From assembly GCA_963733195.1 (NCBI GenBank), contig CAVTCR010000081.1, forward strand, positions 1-64,000: 64,000 nucleotides of DNA, written 5' to 3'. The stretch is from an uncultured delta proteobacterium. Lineage in GTDB: Bacteria > Desulfobacterota > Binatia > Bin18. Shown piece by piece: positions 11,434 through 22,450 of this stretch; the stretch's first letter is position 1, and each line of letters opens with the position of its first letter. The notes below the pieces were generated by a model. The model was not told where the DNA came from and did no database searches. It saw only the letters and a program-made list of their open reading frames with translations. The translations under genes and the position numbers were made by a program.

Positions 11434-11474
11434 AACAAGTTATAGATTTATAACTTGTTATAGTTTTTCGTCAA
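11432..11474 (-). promoter_or_regulatory. TetR operator (perfect 13-bp inverted repeat) and promoter
   Basis: ATAACAAGTTATA-GATT-TATAACTTGTTAT (11432-11461) touching the start codon; TTGACG -35 on the minus strand at 11474-11469. Confidence 0.8.
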
Positions 11475-11668
11475 GAGCCGGAAGGTCGGGTTTGGGTTCG
11501 GCTGCAACCTGGGCGAAAGGACCATCTTGTTAGAATTTGTAGGTTGATCCAGCTCGCTGAGTTCCTTGTCGCTCCCGTGTTCGGCAAATTACATTGCGTC
11601 CTCGTCCTGACCCTAATGCGAAAACAGGGTCGGTAGCGGGCTCCCTTCTCTGAGCTTTTGACTTCGGC

Positions 11669-11926
11669 TCAATGCAAGTGACCCATCTTGCCGTTCTGGT
11701 AATCCTCCATCGCTTGACGAATTTCCTGAGAGGAGTCCCGGTGTTCCACTTCGCCCTCATAGACGATGGTCACCGTTTCGAACCCGCGATGCGGGTGCTC
11801 GCCGACGCCGCGGCGCTCGTCCGTCGGCGCGAACTCCATGGGGCCGGTGTAATCGAGCAGCAGGAATGGACTGAGGACCGCCCCCAGGGTTGCATCAGGC
11901 ATCCCCGGGGCCACAGCAATGTCCAT
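11669..11926 (-). pseudogene. pirin-family remnant with large internal in-frame deletion
   Basis: SPFLLLDY...[14 protein letters not shown]...HRDSS joined directly to C-terminal [16 protein letters not shown]. Confidence 0.8.
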
Positions 11927-12254
11927 CTATTTTACGCCGAGTTCACAGGCCGGCTCAGTCCGGGAGCCTGGACCCGGCGAATGCGCATGGCTTGACCGAA
12001 CGTTAAGCCCGGGCGAACCCTCAATGATGGCGATAAAATCCCCTAACATTGAATTCGCGTTTCAGGTCACGGGTGATGGGCGCATCGTGGTGGACGGCAC
12101 GGGTCTGCGGCTTAATGTCGAAGGCACGGCGGGGTCGTCCGGAGCCAGGGATTGGCAGTACTTGGTCGACGGAGTCATGAAGGGGCAGCTCTTCTCCGCG
12201 CACGTCTATAACGCAGGCGGCAGCGCTATGATGATTATACGAGTGAGACCGTAA
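11919..12254 (+). CDS. hypothetical protein or gene fragment
   Basis: beta-rich-looking ORF, no family recognised. Confidence 0.3.
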   Translation: MSIYFTPSSQAGSVREPGPGECAWLDRTLSPGEPSMMAIKSPNIEFAFQVTGDGRIVVDGTGLRLNVEGTAGSSGARDWQYLVDGVMKGQLFSAHVYNAGGSAMMIIRVRP

Positions 12255-12497
12255 TTTGCGATTGCACATGGAGGGAGGAGAGAATCCGCGCCTCCACCCA
12301 TGGCTCGCCGCGTCAGTTGAGATACCACCTGCAGCGTCAACACGCGTTGAATCGCAGCCGCGGCATAGTGACGCAGACGGCCGAATAGGGGGGACTGCGG
12401 CAAACTAACCGCACCCGGTGCAGTAAAGATGTCGCAGTCCCTACGAATAAGGGATGTTAGCTGGATAGTGCTACATAAAGACTTACGTGCTTTTATG

Positions 12498-13400
12498 TCA
12501 GGACGCTGGATGCGAGATTATTTCACTAACAGTGATCGTTCCTTGAAGAGAAGCGCGCAGTTGCTCAAGTGCGGGAGGAATGTTCAGACTATAGTACACT
12601 TGAATGGCACGAATGCCGTCCTGCTTGAGGCTTTCCCCTTCTGGATCGCCGGTAAAGTCGTCTGGCATAAAACGGTGGGAACCGGTCAGAAAATCTTGCA
12701 GAAAATATAGAAATCCACTCTGGCCGCTATACCGCTTCGTCAGAACAAACCGCTTGGCTCCTTCAGAAAGATACACGGTGAGCGCCGCTTCCCCGCAGCT
12801 TTGATACGACCACGGAACCGTCACTGGTGCTTCATCAGTAACCCGGTAGGTTTTCCCCGCACAAGTGATGGAAAAGACGGTTTGCTCCTGCACGAGAGAC
12901 GGTCGGCCCTCAATCCTAGAGCGCTGGGTTACTCGTATCTGTACCGGCTGTGGTCCTCCTCCACCTTCGAGTGTGGACTTAATTTGTTTGGCATTGCCAA
13001 GCAGTTGCACAAAACGGGTCGAGAACGTCATCCCTTCACCTAAGATTGTGCCACTCCGTGGTTCTTCTCCAGCAAGAAAGGGACGAACAAATTGTTCGAC
13101 AAAACCACCAACCTTTCCTCCTGGTCCATACAACTGTGCAACTTGTTCTGCTGATGGTAATCCTTTAAGCGGAGCCATTATTTGTTCTGTCCAGTTTTTT
13201 TGCAGATACAAGCCGGCCTCATCGAGAATCGCGCGCCAGACATATCGTATCGGTTCCGATACTAATGGTCCTAAAATGTCTGGGCCAGACTGTTGCGTGG
13301 GTGCTTCTCCTTGGCGAGGTTGGGAGGCAATCCACCATGCCCGCAGCACGGGATTATTGGCTCCCTCGGAGGGTTTCCCCTCAGCGAAGGCCGTCTGCGC
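12498..13400 (-). pseudogene. tssM: C-terminal part of type VI secretion TssM/IcmF-like protein, 5'-truncated
   Basis: LQKNWTEQI...LYGPGGKVGGFVEQFVRPFL...SITCAG...WSYQSCGE...LTKRYSG..GFLYFLQDF..G...F.PDDF resembles IcmF C-termini; near tssE/tssF. Confidence 0.65.
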
Positions 13401-13621
13401 GCATCCGGCAGGTTGGAGGTTTTGCCTTTAGCGGGGACGTTGATGCATTCACCAGTGCTATTTTGGCGGGCTGCGATGGCCGTCATTCGCTTGGTGAACT
13501 CGTGACTGGACTAGCACACGGCGCAAATATGGATGTTGCGGCGTTCGTTCCAGCGTGTATCAGCGTGGTGCGGAAGTTGATGCAACTCGGCTTTCTAAGT
13601 GCAGCGAATTTCTCTCCGTAG
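13395..13621 (+). pseudogene. C-terminal fragment of a class I SAM methyltransferase-like protein
   Basis: GGFAFSGDVD...ILAGCDGRHSLGEL...VVRKLMQLGFL winged-helix-like tail; no 5' part. Confidence 0.45.
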
Positions 13622-13682
13622 CATGTTCTAGTTCACTTACATTTCCCTAGGGTCTTGCTGTTTAGGTGTTTTCGCCTCTAGG

Positions 13683-14222
13683 ATGATCCGCATGGGTGCA
13701 CTCGCGCTAAAGTCCCCCCTATATGATCGTGACTATTATAGATGGCTCTTGGAACAAGCGGCGCATATCCGGGCGCACCGTTTGGACCAACTCGACTGCC
13801 AAGGGCTCGCGGAGGAACTGGAAGACATGGGACGCAGCGAACGCCGGGCGGTTGAGGGTCATCTGAAGAATCTCCTGCTGCACCTCTTGAAGTGGCTCAT
13901 ACAACCGCAGCGTCGCTCTGACAGTTGGCGAGATAGCATCGATAATGCTCGTGATGCTCTTGCCGACCTTCTGCAAGATAGTCCTAGCCTCAGGCCGCAG
14001 CTTCCTGAATTTATTACACGACAATATGCGCGTGCCCGCCGCAGTACGGCAACTCAAACTGGCATTGCCGAAACAGACCTCCCTACCGACTGTCCTTTTC
14101 GTTTGGATGAGATCCTTGATCATGGGTTTCTCCCTCACGCTGGAGGTCAGCAAGAACCTAGCCCGATGCGGGTACGAGGACTGAAGCAGAGAAAAGAACG
14201 GGTCACGAAGAAAAGACACTAG
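13683..14222 (+). CDS. DUF29 family protein
   Basis: LYDRDYYRW..EQA...LD...LAEELEDMGRSE...LLLHLLKW..QPQRRS.SW...DSPSL...CPF. Confidence 0.93.
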   Translation: MIRMGALALKSPLYDRDYYRWLLEQAAHIRAHRLDQLDCQGLAEELEDMGRSERRAVEGHLKNLLLHLLKWLIQPQRRSDSWRDSIDNARDALADLLQDSPSLRPQLPEFITRQYARARRSTATQTGIAETDLPTDCPFRLDEILDHGFLPHAGGQQEPSPMRVRGLKQRKERVTKKRH

Positions 14223-14356
14223 AAGCTTTTACAAAACCTCTCTAAAGATTAAAAAATTCGCCTCTTTTCCTCTGTTCCTCCCCGCATTGACAGTGACCTA
14301 GAAAATGGCGTACGAAAGGATGACGATCTATTAACAGATAGTGATAAAGATACCCG

Positions 14357-14849
14357 GTGGCACGAGTAGGTAATGAGCTGAATTTAGTTCCGTCGGTCCT
14401 TGACCGACTTCTCGATGACGAGCCTGAACTCTCACACGAGTCGCTCACCAGTCGCTTCCAGCACGTGAGCCAGTTGAAAAAAGCGGTCGCACGTGATCTG
14501 GAAGCCTTACTCAATACCCGTCAAGAAACACTGGAAGAGGTCCCGGCGGAATTCACTGAGGTAAGCCGCTCGCTCCTCGTGTATGGGCTGCCTGACTTCA
14601 CTACCTTTACCCTACTTAGTCAGAACGATCGCACCTGGGTGCGGCGGTCCATCGAGCAAGCAATTGCCCGGTTTGAACCGCGATTGGCACGAGTCCGGGT
14701 CACCTTAGAACCTCCGCGTGAGAATGATCGCGGTCTGCACTTCTGCATCGAAGGGATGCTCATGAGTGGAGCCGGCGCCTGAGCCGGTCTCTTTCGACGC
14801 CGAGTTGCGGCTCAACACTCAGGAATACGTCGTGCAGGGGCGAGCCTGA
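14357..14849 (+). CDS. tssE: T6SS baseplate subunit (gp25-like), frameshifted near 14762
   Basis: PSVLDRLLDDEP, RDLEALLNTR, YGLPDF, IARFEPRL; TGATG overlap with tssF. Confidence 0.92.
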
Positions 14850-15586
14850 TGGCGGACGACCTCCTAACATACTACGAACGCGAGCTCACGTTCCTGAGAC
14901 AGATCGGTGCAGAGTTCGCGGCTAAATACCCGAAGATCGCGGGCCGTCTGCTCCTGGGGGCGGACAAGGGGGAAGACCCTCACGTCGAACGTCTAATCCA
15001 GGCGTTTGCCTTTCTTGCCGCCCGCGTTCACCATAAGATTGATGATGAGTTTCCTGAGATCACTGATGCGCTCCTCAATGTCCTCTACCCGCACTACCTG
15101 GCGCCCTTACCCTCCATGTCCATCGCGCAGTTCGTGTTGGATGCGGAACGGGGCAATTTGACCAGCGGATATCGTATCGAACAAGATGTGACGCTCTACT
15201 CACAGTCAGTCAACGGAACGCCCTGCCGCTTCCGGACGCGTTACCCGGTGACCCTCTGGCCTATCGAGGTCGCCTCTGCACGTCTCGATGCGCCAGACCG
15301 GTTCGGTCCAGTCCCGCGGGCCGCCTCGGTGATCCGGATGGAACTCCGCTGTCTCGCGGGCACAACCTTTCGTGAACTCGCGATTGATCAGTTACGCTAC
15401 TTCCTGCACGGCGAGAGCCAGCTTGTCTATGCTCTCTATGAACTGCTCCTGAATCATACCTGTCAGGTGCAACTCCGTCCGCCGGAGGGACAGAAAGGAA
15501 GCAAGCCGATCGTGCTTCCTCCATCGTCGCTGCGTGCGGTCGGCTTCAACCCGGATGAGGGCATGTTGCCCTACACCGCGCGCTCG
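14849..15586 (+). pseudogene. tssF: T6SS baseplate subunit, 5' portion only
   Basis: LLTYYERELTFLR...FAAKYPKIAGRL...DPHVERLIQAFAFL...LYPHYLAPLPS; cut at YTARS by the IS1 remnant. Confidence 0.93.
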
Positions 15587-15919
15587 TAAATTGCAAGAGC
15601 CACTGCAGCCCGACACCCACGGCGCGGCAGATCCCGCGTAAGGAGATTCTCTCCAGCAGTAACCGCTCAATGAGGGCGCGTTGCTCTTCGGTGATTACAG
15701 AATTTTCTGGCGTCAGCACGAAGGCCCGGCCACACACTTTGCAGCGGTGATTTTGCTTTCCCGTGTGAATGTGACCATTCCGTTTGTACCACCTTGATCC
15801 GCAGTGTGGACATGCTTCTCTGGATCATCATACGCTCTCACACCTCCCCGCTCCTCGTTTTTTGCTCATGGCCCAGAGTACTATGAACCTTCCGAAAGCA
15901 TTACCAAGAGAGCATTACC
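15587..15919 (-). mobile_element. IS1-family remnant (InsA zinc-finger/HTH portion) with two tandem GGTAATGCT ends
   Basis: CPHCGS..KRNGHIHTGKQNHRCKVCGRAF...LLLERISLRGICRAVGV; GGTAATGCT on the minus strand starting at 15905 and 15919; no InsB. Confidence 0.85.
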
Positions 15920-16042
15920 CAAGCCAGACTGATGATCCACCAGTAAGACAGCCGCCTCATCTTTGGACAGTCGGTTGTATTTGTATGTAGCATTCATAGA
16001 TGACTCCTTTCTTGGGCTTGGGTATAATTTGCTTCTATCAAG

Positions 16043-16480
16043 TCATACCGCACGCTTGATCATCGCCTCACTCGGCGCAACGACAAGCGCGTGGAGATTT
16101 CCCTTCCAGCGTAGGCCAGTCATTGAGCCGAGCGGAGCAAAGCAGATGTCGCCAGCCCGCATATCGAGCCTGCGGAAGCGCCCGTCAACCAGCCGCTCCA
16201 ATCTGAGCGGCGGACAGTTTAAGTACAGCAAGACTGTATGCTGTCTAGGGAACAGTCTTGGCACTTCAAATGAATCTATGCGCTGTTCTTCGATGATGAC
16301 GTCGTTCAAGGTGTGGGGACTCGACAAGCAAATCTCTAGGCGATCGACAACGGCTTGAGCTTTTCCATTCGCTGAATGAGAAACAAGAATTTTTGGCGCG
16401 GGTGTCGTCTGGGATGTTTGCACTTCACCCTCCAAAGGCGACTGTTTTGTCGGTCGAGTTCCCCTGGTGGGACTCAGCAT
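16043..16480 (-). pseudogene. AraC-family regulator N-terminal (cupin-like) fragment, HTH missing
   Basis: QHTVLLYL...LER.VDGR....M.AGDICFAP.G....RW; ends before any HTH. Confidence 0.5.
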
Positions 16481-16783
16481 GATTTGCGAATGTAAGCCGT
16501 CGAGTCCCGCGCCGCCCCGTTCTCCTGAAGGTCAGTTCAACATAAACCGTGGGCAAAAAGAACCCTCTGTAGAGAAGTTAGCTTGTGACCCGAATATGTT
16601 AAGCGGAAGGGATTCTTGGATGCAGAATGGAGGATTTTCTCGCGATCGAAGACGCTACTACTCTTGTACGAAATCAAACTCCAAGAGAGCGGGACGACAG
16701 AACTGGTACTCTGAGCCCTTCGGCAAGCTCAGGATAAACTCTGTTTAGGGAAGGCAAACATCCAATCTCTTGTACGCGATGTA

Positions 16784-17287
16784 TCATTTTCTGTTCCGCA
16801 ACCGCTCTTGCAGCTTCCGATCTTTGTCCAGTGTCGCTTTGGCGAGGTCTTCTTTGAATTTCACCATGCGAGCAAATAGTTCAGTGTCCTTAACCGCAAG
16901 GATCTGGATCGCGAGCAGACCGGCGTTGCGCCCTCCGTCGATTGCGACTGTCGCGACAGGGATTCCTGGGGGCATTTGGACCATCGACAGCAGAGAATCG
17001 TGTCCTTGCAAGGCTTTGCTTTTGACAGGAATGCCAATGACTGGCAGAGGCGTGTGAGCAGCAACCACACCTGCCAAATGAGCTGCGCCCCCAGCTCCAG
17101 CAATAATCACTTGTAGTCCTTTTTGATGTGCTTGCTTCGCATATTGAGCTGTTTCATCGGGAGAGCGATGAGCGGACAACACATGCATCTCATAGCCAAC
17201 CCCAAACTCTTCACAGACCTTGGCGGCTTCTTCCATCACTTCTAAATCAGAATCACTACCCATGATGATACCGACGCGGGGGGTCAT
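16784..17287 (-). CDS. purE: N5-CAIR mutase
   Basis: [42 protein letters not shown]. Confidence 0.97.
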   Translation of the reverse strand: MTPRVGIIMGSDSDLEVMEEAAKVCEEFGVGYEMHVLSAHRSPDETAQYAKQAHQKGLQVIIAGAGGAAHLAGVVAAHTPLPVIGIPVKSKALQGHDSLLSMVQMPPGIPVATVAIDGGRNAGLLAIQILAVKDTELFARMVKFKEDLAKATLDKDRKLQERLRNRK

Positions 17288-17315
17288 AAGACTTCCTTTC
17301 CTGCTTTCGTACGAA

Positions 17316-18770
17316 TCACGTTTCACGCATTACGTGTTGCGTGTTACGTACTTCGTGTTCTTGTAGTGATGTATTACGACTCCAGTTGACTCGCTTTGTG
17401 ACTTCCTCTAACCGAATACCACGTGAACCTTTAACCAGCAGCAATTGTGGTCCATGAAACCGCTCTATCTCTTCACGCACGAATGTTGCCGCCACATCGG
17501 ACGTGGCAAACCAACGAACCGGAATCGGGGTTTTCTGTATCTCTGCAGCGATCAGTTTCGCATCTTCACCAACAGCAACAACCAAATCTGGCGGAGGAGT
17601 AAGTGTTGCGACCATTGTGCCGATTTGTTGGTGACGTAAGTGACTGAGGTCGCCGAGTTCCAACATGTCACCGAGCACGAGAAGGACCCGTTCTCCTGCG
17701 GCGCGCACGTGTTGGACTGTCATCAATGCCTGCTGCATCGAAGCTGGGTTGGCATTGTAGCAGTCATCAAGCACGGTAAGTTGTCGAGCTGGTATGTCAA
17801 CGACAGCCATTCGTCGTGCCGCCCCCTTAGCGACACTGAGAGCTAAACAGGCATCGGCTAGCGCAATGCCACAGGTTGTTGCAGCGGCGACTGACGCTGC
17901 AGCTGCCAGGGCGAAATGGCTACCAAGTAACTTGAGGTGAATTTCTTTTGTTCCAGTCGGCGTGATCAGCGTAAAACGTGTTCCTTGCCGAGTTACCTGG
18001 ACGTTGTTGACGTGAAATTGATTTGTTGCTTGCTCACCAAAGGTCACAATCCGACACCGTGCCTGGCGATACACGGACTCTAATAGACCATTGTGATCAC
18101 CGTTCACGATAGCCAGTCCATCGTGAGGGAGTGCGGAGATCAACTCAGTCTCAGCCGCAATAACTCCAGCAAGATCTTTAAGTGTCTCTGTATGCTCCTC
18201 GGCAATAGACGTGATGACACCAATTTCTGGATGAGCGATACGGCAGAGCGTAGTCAGTTCACCAGCACCGCTGGTGCCGAGTTCTAAAACCATCGCCTCA
18301 ACGTCACTGTCTGCCTGCAAAATAGTTAACGGTAAGCCAATGTGATTGTTGAGATTGCCTTGTGTAGCGAAGGTTTTCCTTTGCGACGCGAATACCTGCG
18401 CCATGAGTTCTTTAGTTGTGGTTTTGCCATTACTGCCAGCAATACCGATAATACGGGCATGCAAACGATTCCGATACCAGGTCGCCAAGTCTTGCAGAGC
18501 AGTAAGCGGATCATGAACCCGAATTGCCGTAGCATTGTCGGGAAGCTCGGGCTTTAGGTGTCCAGCGAAGAAGAAACCTGCAGCTCCTTGTTGAACGGCA
18601 GCCGTCAGAAAAGCGTGTCCATCAGTCCGTGTGCCAGGAAGGGGAACAAACAGCGCGCCCTCTGGAACCGCACGAGAGTCAATCGTCACCGCAGTGAAGA
18701 GGGTCTCTTTACGACCTTTAACTAGGGTCCCATCCGTTGCGGTGCAAATATCTTGTGCGGTCAGTTTCAT
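17316..18770 (-). CDS. murF: UDP-MurNAc-tripeptide D-Ala-D-Ala ligase
   Basis: [53 protein letters not shown]; 3' end probably extended by an indel. Confidence 0.96.
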   Translation of the reverse strand: MKLTAQDICTATDGTLVKGRKETLFTAVTIDSRAVPEGALFVPLPGTRTDGHAFLTAAVQQGAAGFFFAGHLKPELPDNATAIRVHDPLTALQDLATWYRNRLHARIIGIAGSNGKTTTKELMAQVFASQRKTFATQGNLNNHIGLPLTILQADSDVEAMVLELGTSGAGELTTLCRIAHPEIGVITSIAEEHTETLKDLAGVIAAETELISALPHDGLAIVNGDHNGLLESVYRQARCRIVTFGEQATNQFHVNNVQVTRQGTRFTLITPTGTKEIHLKLLGSHFALAAAASVAAATTCGIALADACLALSVAKGAARRMAVVDIPARQLTVLDDCYNANPASMQQALMTVQHVRAAGERVLLVLGDMLELGDLSHLRHQQIGTMVATLTPPPDLVVAVGEDAKLIAAEIQKTPIPVRWFATSDVAATFVREEIERFHGPQLLLVKGSRGIRLEEVTKRVNWSRNTSLQEHEVRNTQHVMRET

Positions 18771-18820
18771 TGTCGGGCAACTGTAACTAGGCAGAGGTAC
18801 CACTGCAAGGAGGGAAGCGC

Positions 18821-18878
18821 CTGGGAGCGCGGGCGTCCCGCCCGCATAAAGGGCGACCGAGACGGTCGCGCTCCCAGA
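18821..18878. repeat. REP-like palindromic element (GGGAGCGCG type)
   Basis: ctgggagcgcgggcgtcccgcccgc...gcgaccgagacggtcgcgctcccag. Confidence 0.65.
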
Positions 18879-18916
18879 TCATTGATCCGTTCCGGTCCGC
18901 ATGCCACCATGAACAG

Positions 18917-20227
18917 ATGACTGACAAAGAACGCCATGCCCGAGCGATCGTGCAGACGCTCCGCGATCGCGGTTTTATCGCGTATTTCGCAGGCGGATGC
19001 GTGCGTGACAAGTTGCTCGGTGTCGAACCGAAGGACTTCGATGTTGCTACCAACGCACAGGCAAGGGATGTAATGCGCTTATTCCCCCAGACTGTTCCTG
19101 TGGGCGCACAGTTTGGTGTCGTGCTTGTCATGCAAGAGGGAATACCGTTTGAGGTTGCGACCTTTCGCTCAGATGGAGCCTATGTCGATGGCCGTCATCC
19201 TACGAGCGTTCGTTTTAGTGATGCGCGTGAGGATGCGCTCAGACGAGATTTCACGATCAATGGGATGTTTTTTGATCCGTTGACGGAGCAGGTGATTGAT
19301 TACGTTGATGGGCAACGGGATCTTGCTGCTGGGATCCTCCGCGCCATCGGCGACCCGTATGCACGTTTTGCTGAGGATCGTTTGCGTATGCTGCGTGGAG
19401 TGCGCCTTGCCGCGCGTCTTGGATTTTCAATTACGCCAGAGACCTTCAAGGCAATCCAAGAACTCGCGCCCACTATTGTCGATATCGCCTGGGAACGGAT
19501 TGGCGACGAAATCGTCAAGATCCTCACTGATGGTGGTGCGCAACGCGCTTTTCATCTGCTAGCAGAGTTGGGTTTACTGTCAGTGATTTTGCCAGAGATT
19601 GTGGCGATGCGTGGAGTTGAGCAATCCCCAGATTTTCACCCAGAAGGCGATGTCTTTATTCACACACTTCTCCTCTTAGATAAACTCAACGCTCCAACCG
19701 AGACCCTCGCTCTGGGGGCGTTACTCCATGATGTTGCGAAGCCTGTCTGCCGTGGCCAAAACGGAGAACGTATTACGTTCTACGGCCATTGCGAAAAAGG
19801 GGCTGAGATGGCAATCGACATTTGTCAGCGCCTCAAGCGCTCGCGCGAAACCTGGGAGCGAGTCGCCTATTTGGTCAAGAACCATCTTCGTCTGATCAGC
19901 GCGCCAGAGATGCGGGCCTCGACCCTGAAACGTTTTCTCCGCGAAGACGGAATTGAAGAACTGCTTGAGTTGGCACGTATTGATGCATTGTCATCGAGTG
20001 GTGATCTTCGTCCCTACGAGTTCTGTCGCCAAAAGCTGTCCGAGCTTGGACCTGAGCAAATTGCTCCGCCTCGGTTGCTGAGTGGTCGCGATCTTATCGA
20101 CCTCGGGCTCCAACCTGGACCTCGATTCAAAGAGATTCTCCACGCTGTAGAAGATGCACAGCTTGAGGGACGTTTACAGACCCCGGAAGATGCCCTCTCG
20201 TGGGTTCGCCGACAGTATGGCATATAA
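18917..20227 (+). CDS. cca: CCA tRNA nucleotidyltransferase/poly(A) polymerase family with HD domain
   Basis: AGGCVRD...DFDVAT, EVATFR, DALRRDFTIN, EDRLRMLR, HPEGDVF.H, LLHDVAKP. Confidence 0.92.
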   Translation: MTDKERHARAIVQTLRDRGFIAYFAGGCVRDKLLGVEPKDFDVATNAQARDVMRLFPQTVPVGAQFGVVLVMQEGIPFEVATFRSDGAYVDGRHPTSVRFSDAREDALRRDFTINGMFFDPLTEQVIDYVDGQRDLAAGILRAIGDPYARFAEDRLRMLRGVRLAARLGFSITPETFKAIQELAPTIVDIAWERIGDEIVKILTDGGAQRAFHLLAELGLLSVILPEIVAMRGVEQSPDFHPEGDVFIHTLLLLDKLNAPTETLALGALLHDVAKPVCRGQNGERITFYGHCEKGAEMAIDICQRLKRSRETWERVAYLVKNHLRLISAPEMRASTLKRFLREDGIEELLELARIDALSSSGDLRPYEFCRQKLSELGPEQIAPPRLLSGRDLIDLGLQPGPRFKEILHAVEDAQLEGRLQTPEDALSWVRRQYGI

Positions 20228-20254
20228 TGATGCGAGAAAGGGAGGAACGAACGT

Positions 20255-20876
20255 ATGGGCCTCTTTCCCAAAGACACCAATTTTTATGACCTCTTCGAGC
20301 GTGGTGCGGGCAAAGTCTGTGAAGGAGCAGAGCTTCTGGCCGAGCTGGTAAAGGATTTCACCAACGTTCCGCTCAAAGCCAAGCGCATTAAGGATGTCGA
20401 ACACGAAGCAGACCTCATTACCCATGAGACGATGGAAAAATTGAACAAAACGTTTGTGACCCCGCTTGATCGTGAAGATATTCACGGCCTCATCTAGTTC
20501 ACTTGATAATATTCTCGATCACGTTGAGGCGGCAGCTGATAAGTTCTCACTCTATCGTATCCCTGAAGTTCAGCCTGATGCCGCGCTCCTTGCGGATATT
20601 TTGGTTCACAGCGTGAAAGAAGTGCAGACCACTATCAGCAAGCTGCGCAATCTCAGAGATGCTGATCTTATCCTCAAGCACTGCATCGAGATTAATCGTT
20701 TGGAAAACGAAGGTGACTTTGTCTACCGTTCTGCCATCGCCAAACTCTTTGAACGTGGCGGCGATCCACTCAACGTGATCAAGTGGAAAGAGGTCTACGA
20801 ATCAATCGAGAACGCGATCGATAGCTGTGAAGATGTGGCCAATGTGATCGAAGGGATAACGTTGAAGAACAGTTAG
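20255..20876 (+). CDS. DUF47 (PhoU-like, Pit accessory) protein, frameshifted near 20493
   Basis: IKDVEHEADL...LNKTFVTPLDREDI...RLENEGD...IKWKEVYE.IE.AID.CEDVAN. Confidence 0.92.
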
Positions 20877-20887
20877 GCAACCTCAGT

Positions 20888-20916
20888 GTAGAGACGCCCC
20901 GGCGGGGCGTCTCTAC
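20888..20916. repeat. GTAG-type REP hairpin / bidirectional terminator
   Basis: GTAGAGACGCCCCGGCGGGGCGTCTCTAC between convergent genes; related hairpins at 44757-44785 and 48740-48767. Confidence 0.75.
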
Positions 20917-20949
20917 GAACGTCACCTCACACCTGAAGCCTCTGGCCTG

Positions 20950-21949
20950 CTAAAAAATCGCTTTTAGCAACGGCTCACTCACCATGTACGTTACAGCAGC
21001 AATTAACGCTGAACCAGGAATCGTAAGTACCCACGCCCACACAACCGTACGAGCGACTCCCCACCGCACGGCAGAGAGCCGTCGTGCTGCCCCCACCCCA
21101 ATAATGGCGCCAGTAATCGTGTGCGTCGTGCTGACGGGAATCCCAGCGTAGGCTGTGCCAAGCAGTGTGATCGCCCCAGCGGTTTCGGCGCAGAACCCAC
21201 CCACAGGCTGTAACTTGGTAATACGCATGCCCATCGTGCGGACGATACTCCACCCGCCGAACATGGTGCCAAGCCCGAGAGCTGCGTGGCAGGAAATGAT
21301 AACCCAAAACGGCACGTAGAAGGTTTCCCCAAGGTAGCCCGCGTTAAAGAGTAAGATGGTGATAATTCCCATGGTTTTTTGTGCATCATTGGTGCCGTGC
21401 CCGAGGCTGTAGAATGCAGAAGAAACCAACTGCAAGCGACGGAAGTGTTTATCTACTCGTCCCGGTGTCGCCTGCCAAAAGAGATTCAAGACGAGCGACG
21501 ATAAACGTCACTCCTAGTGCGAATCCCAGCAAGGGAGAAACAATGATGAACGTCGCGGTTTTTGAGAAACCGCTGAATATCACCGCCTTGAATCCTGCTT
21601 TCGCGATCGCAGCACCAGCAAAACCGCCGATCAGTGCATGCGAAGAACTACTCGGGAGTCCATAAAACCAGGTAATGAGATTCCAAATGATCGCTCCCAT
21701 CAGGCTCCCGAAGATCACATACGGATCAACGATTGCTGGGTCGATGATCCCTTTCCCGACCGTGGTGGCGACATGAACCCCAAAGCCAAAAGCCGCTATG
21801 AAGTTAAAAAAGGCTGCCCATGTTACTGCCTGAAGCGGAGAAAGCACGCGTGTCGAGACAACGGTAGCAATTGAATTTGCGGCATCATGAAAGCCATTAA
21901 TAAAGTCAAAGACCAACGCAACAAAAATCAAGAAGACAACCAATTCCAT
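20950..21949 (-). CDS. pit: inorganic phosphate transporter (PiT), frameshifted near 21490
   Basis: FINGFHDAANSIAT, GLPSSSSHALIGG, GHGTNDAQKTMG, GIPVSTTHTITG. Confidence 0.95.
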
Positions 21950-22074
21950 GCCCACCCTCCGGACGGTCCGCTCTCTTGTGCCGGAGTTAGGAGGAAGAAT
22001 CAATCGGAATCCGATATATGGCGAATGATGGACCGCAGTGAAGTCTGATGTAACTGAACTTGTGCTCCCACCTT

Positions 22075-22137
22075 GGAAAGATTAGGCTGTTGCTCATGAG
22101 CCTGGAAACCGAAGTCACATATCAGCACCTTAGAGCC
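22075..22137 (+). repeat. stub copy of the 5' end of the DUF433 gene at 26574
   Basis: ggaaagattaggctgttgctcATGagcctggaaaccgaagtcacatatcagcacctt vs ggaaggcttaggttgttgtttATGagcctgggaaccgaagtcacgtatcagtacctt. Confidence 0.8.
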
Positions 22138-22170
22138 AATACCGAGGAAGCATGAAAAGAGTGTATTCGT

Positions 22171-22443
22171 ATGACCGAACCGATAACTCTCAAACAGGTT
22201 GAAACACTCGCTGTGCGACTGCCCGCCAAAGACCAATTGAAGTTGCTGGCACACCTCAGTGAGCGCTTGAGCGATATGCTCCCGGCTGAACGAGACGGGA
22301 AGCGACCACGAGCAGCAGACGCGTGATGCAGCGATTGCGTCTCGCCAAAGCCCTCTGTGAAGAAGTTGAGGATACGACTGACGATGCGCAAGGAACATTC
22401 GACGCAGCGGAAGACATTCGCCATATACGAGACGAAAGAATGA
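22171..22443 (+). CDS. putative antitoxin (small, upstream of VapC), frameshifted
   Basis: MTEPITLKQVETLAVRLPAKDQLKLLAHLSERL...DAAEDIRHIRDE; position 5' of the toxin. Confidence 0.65.
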
Positions 22444-22450
22444 CCCAGTT

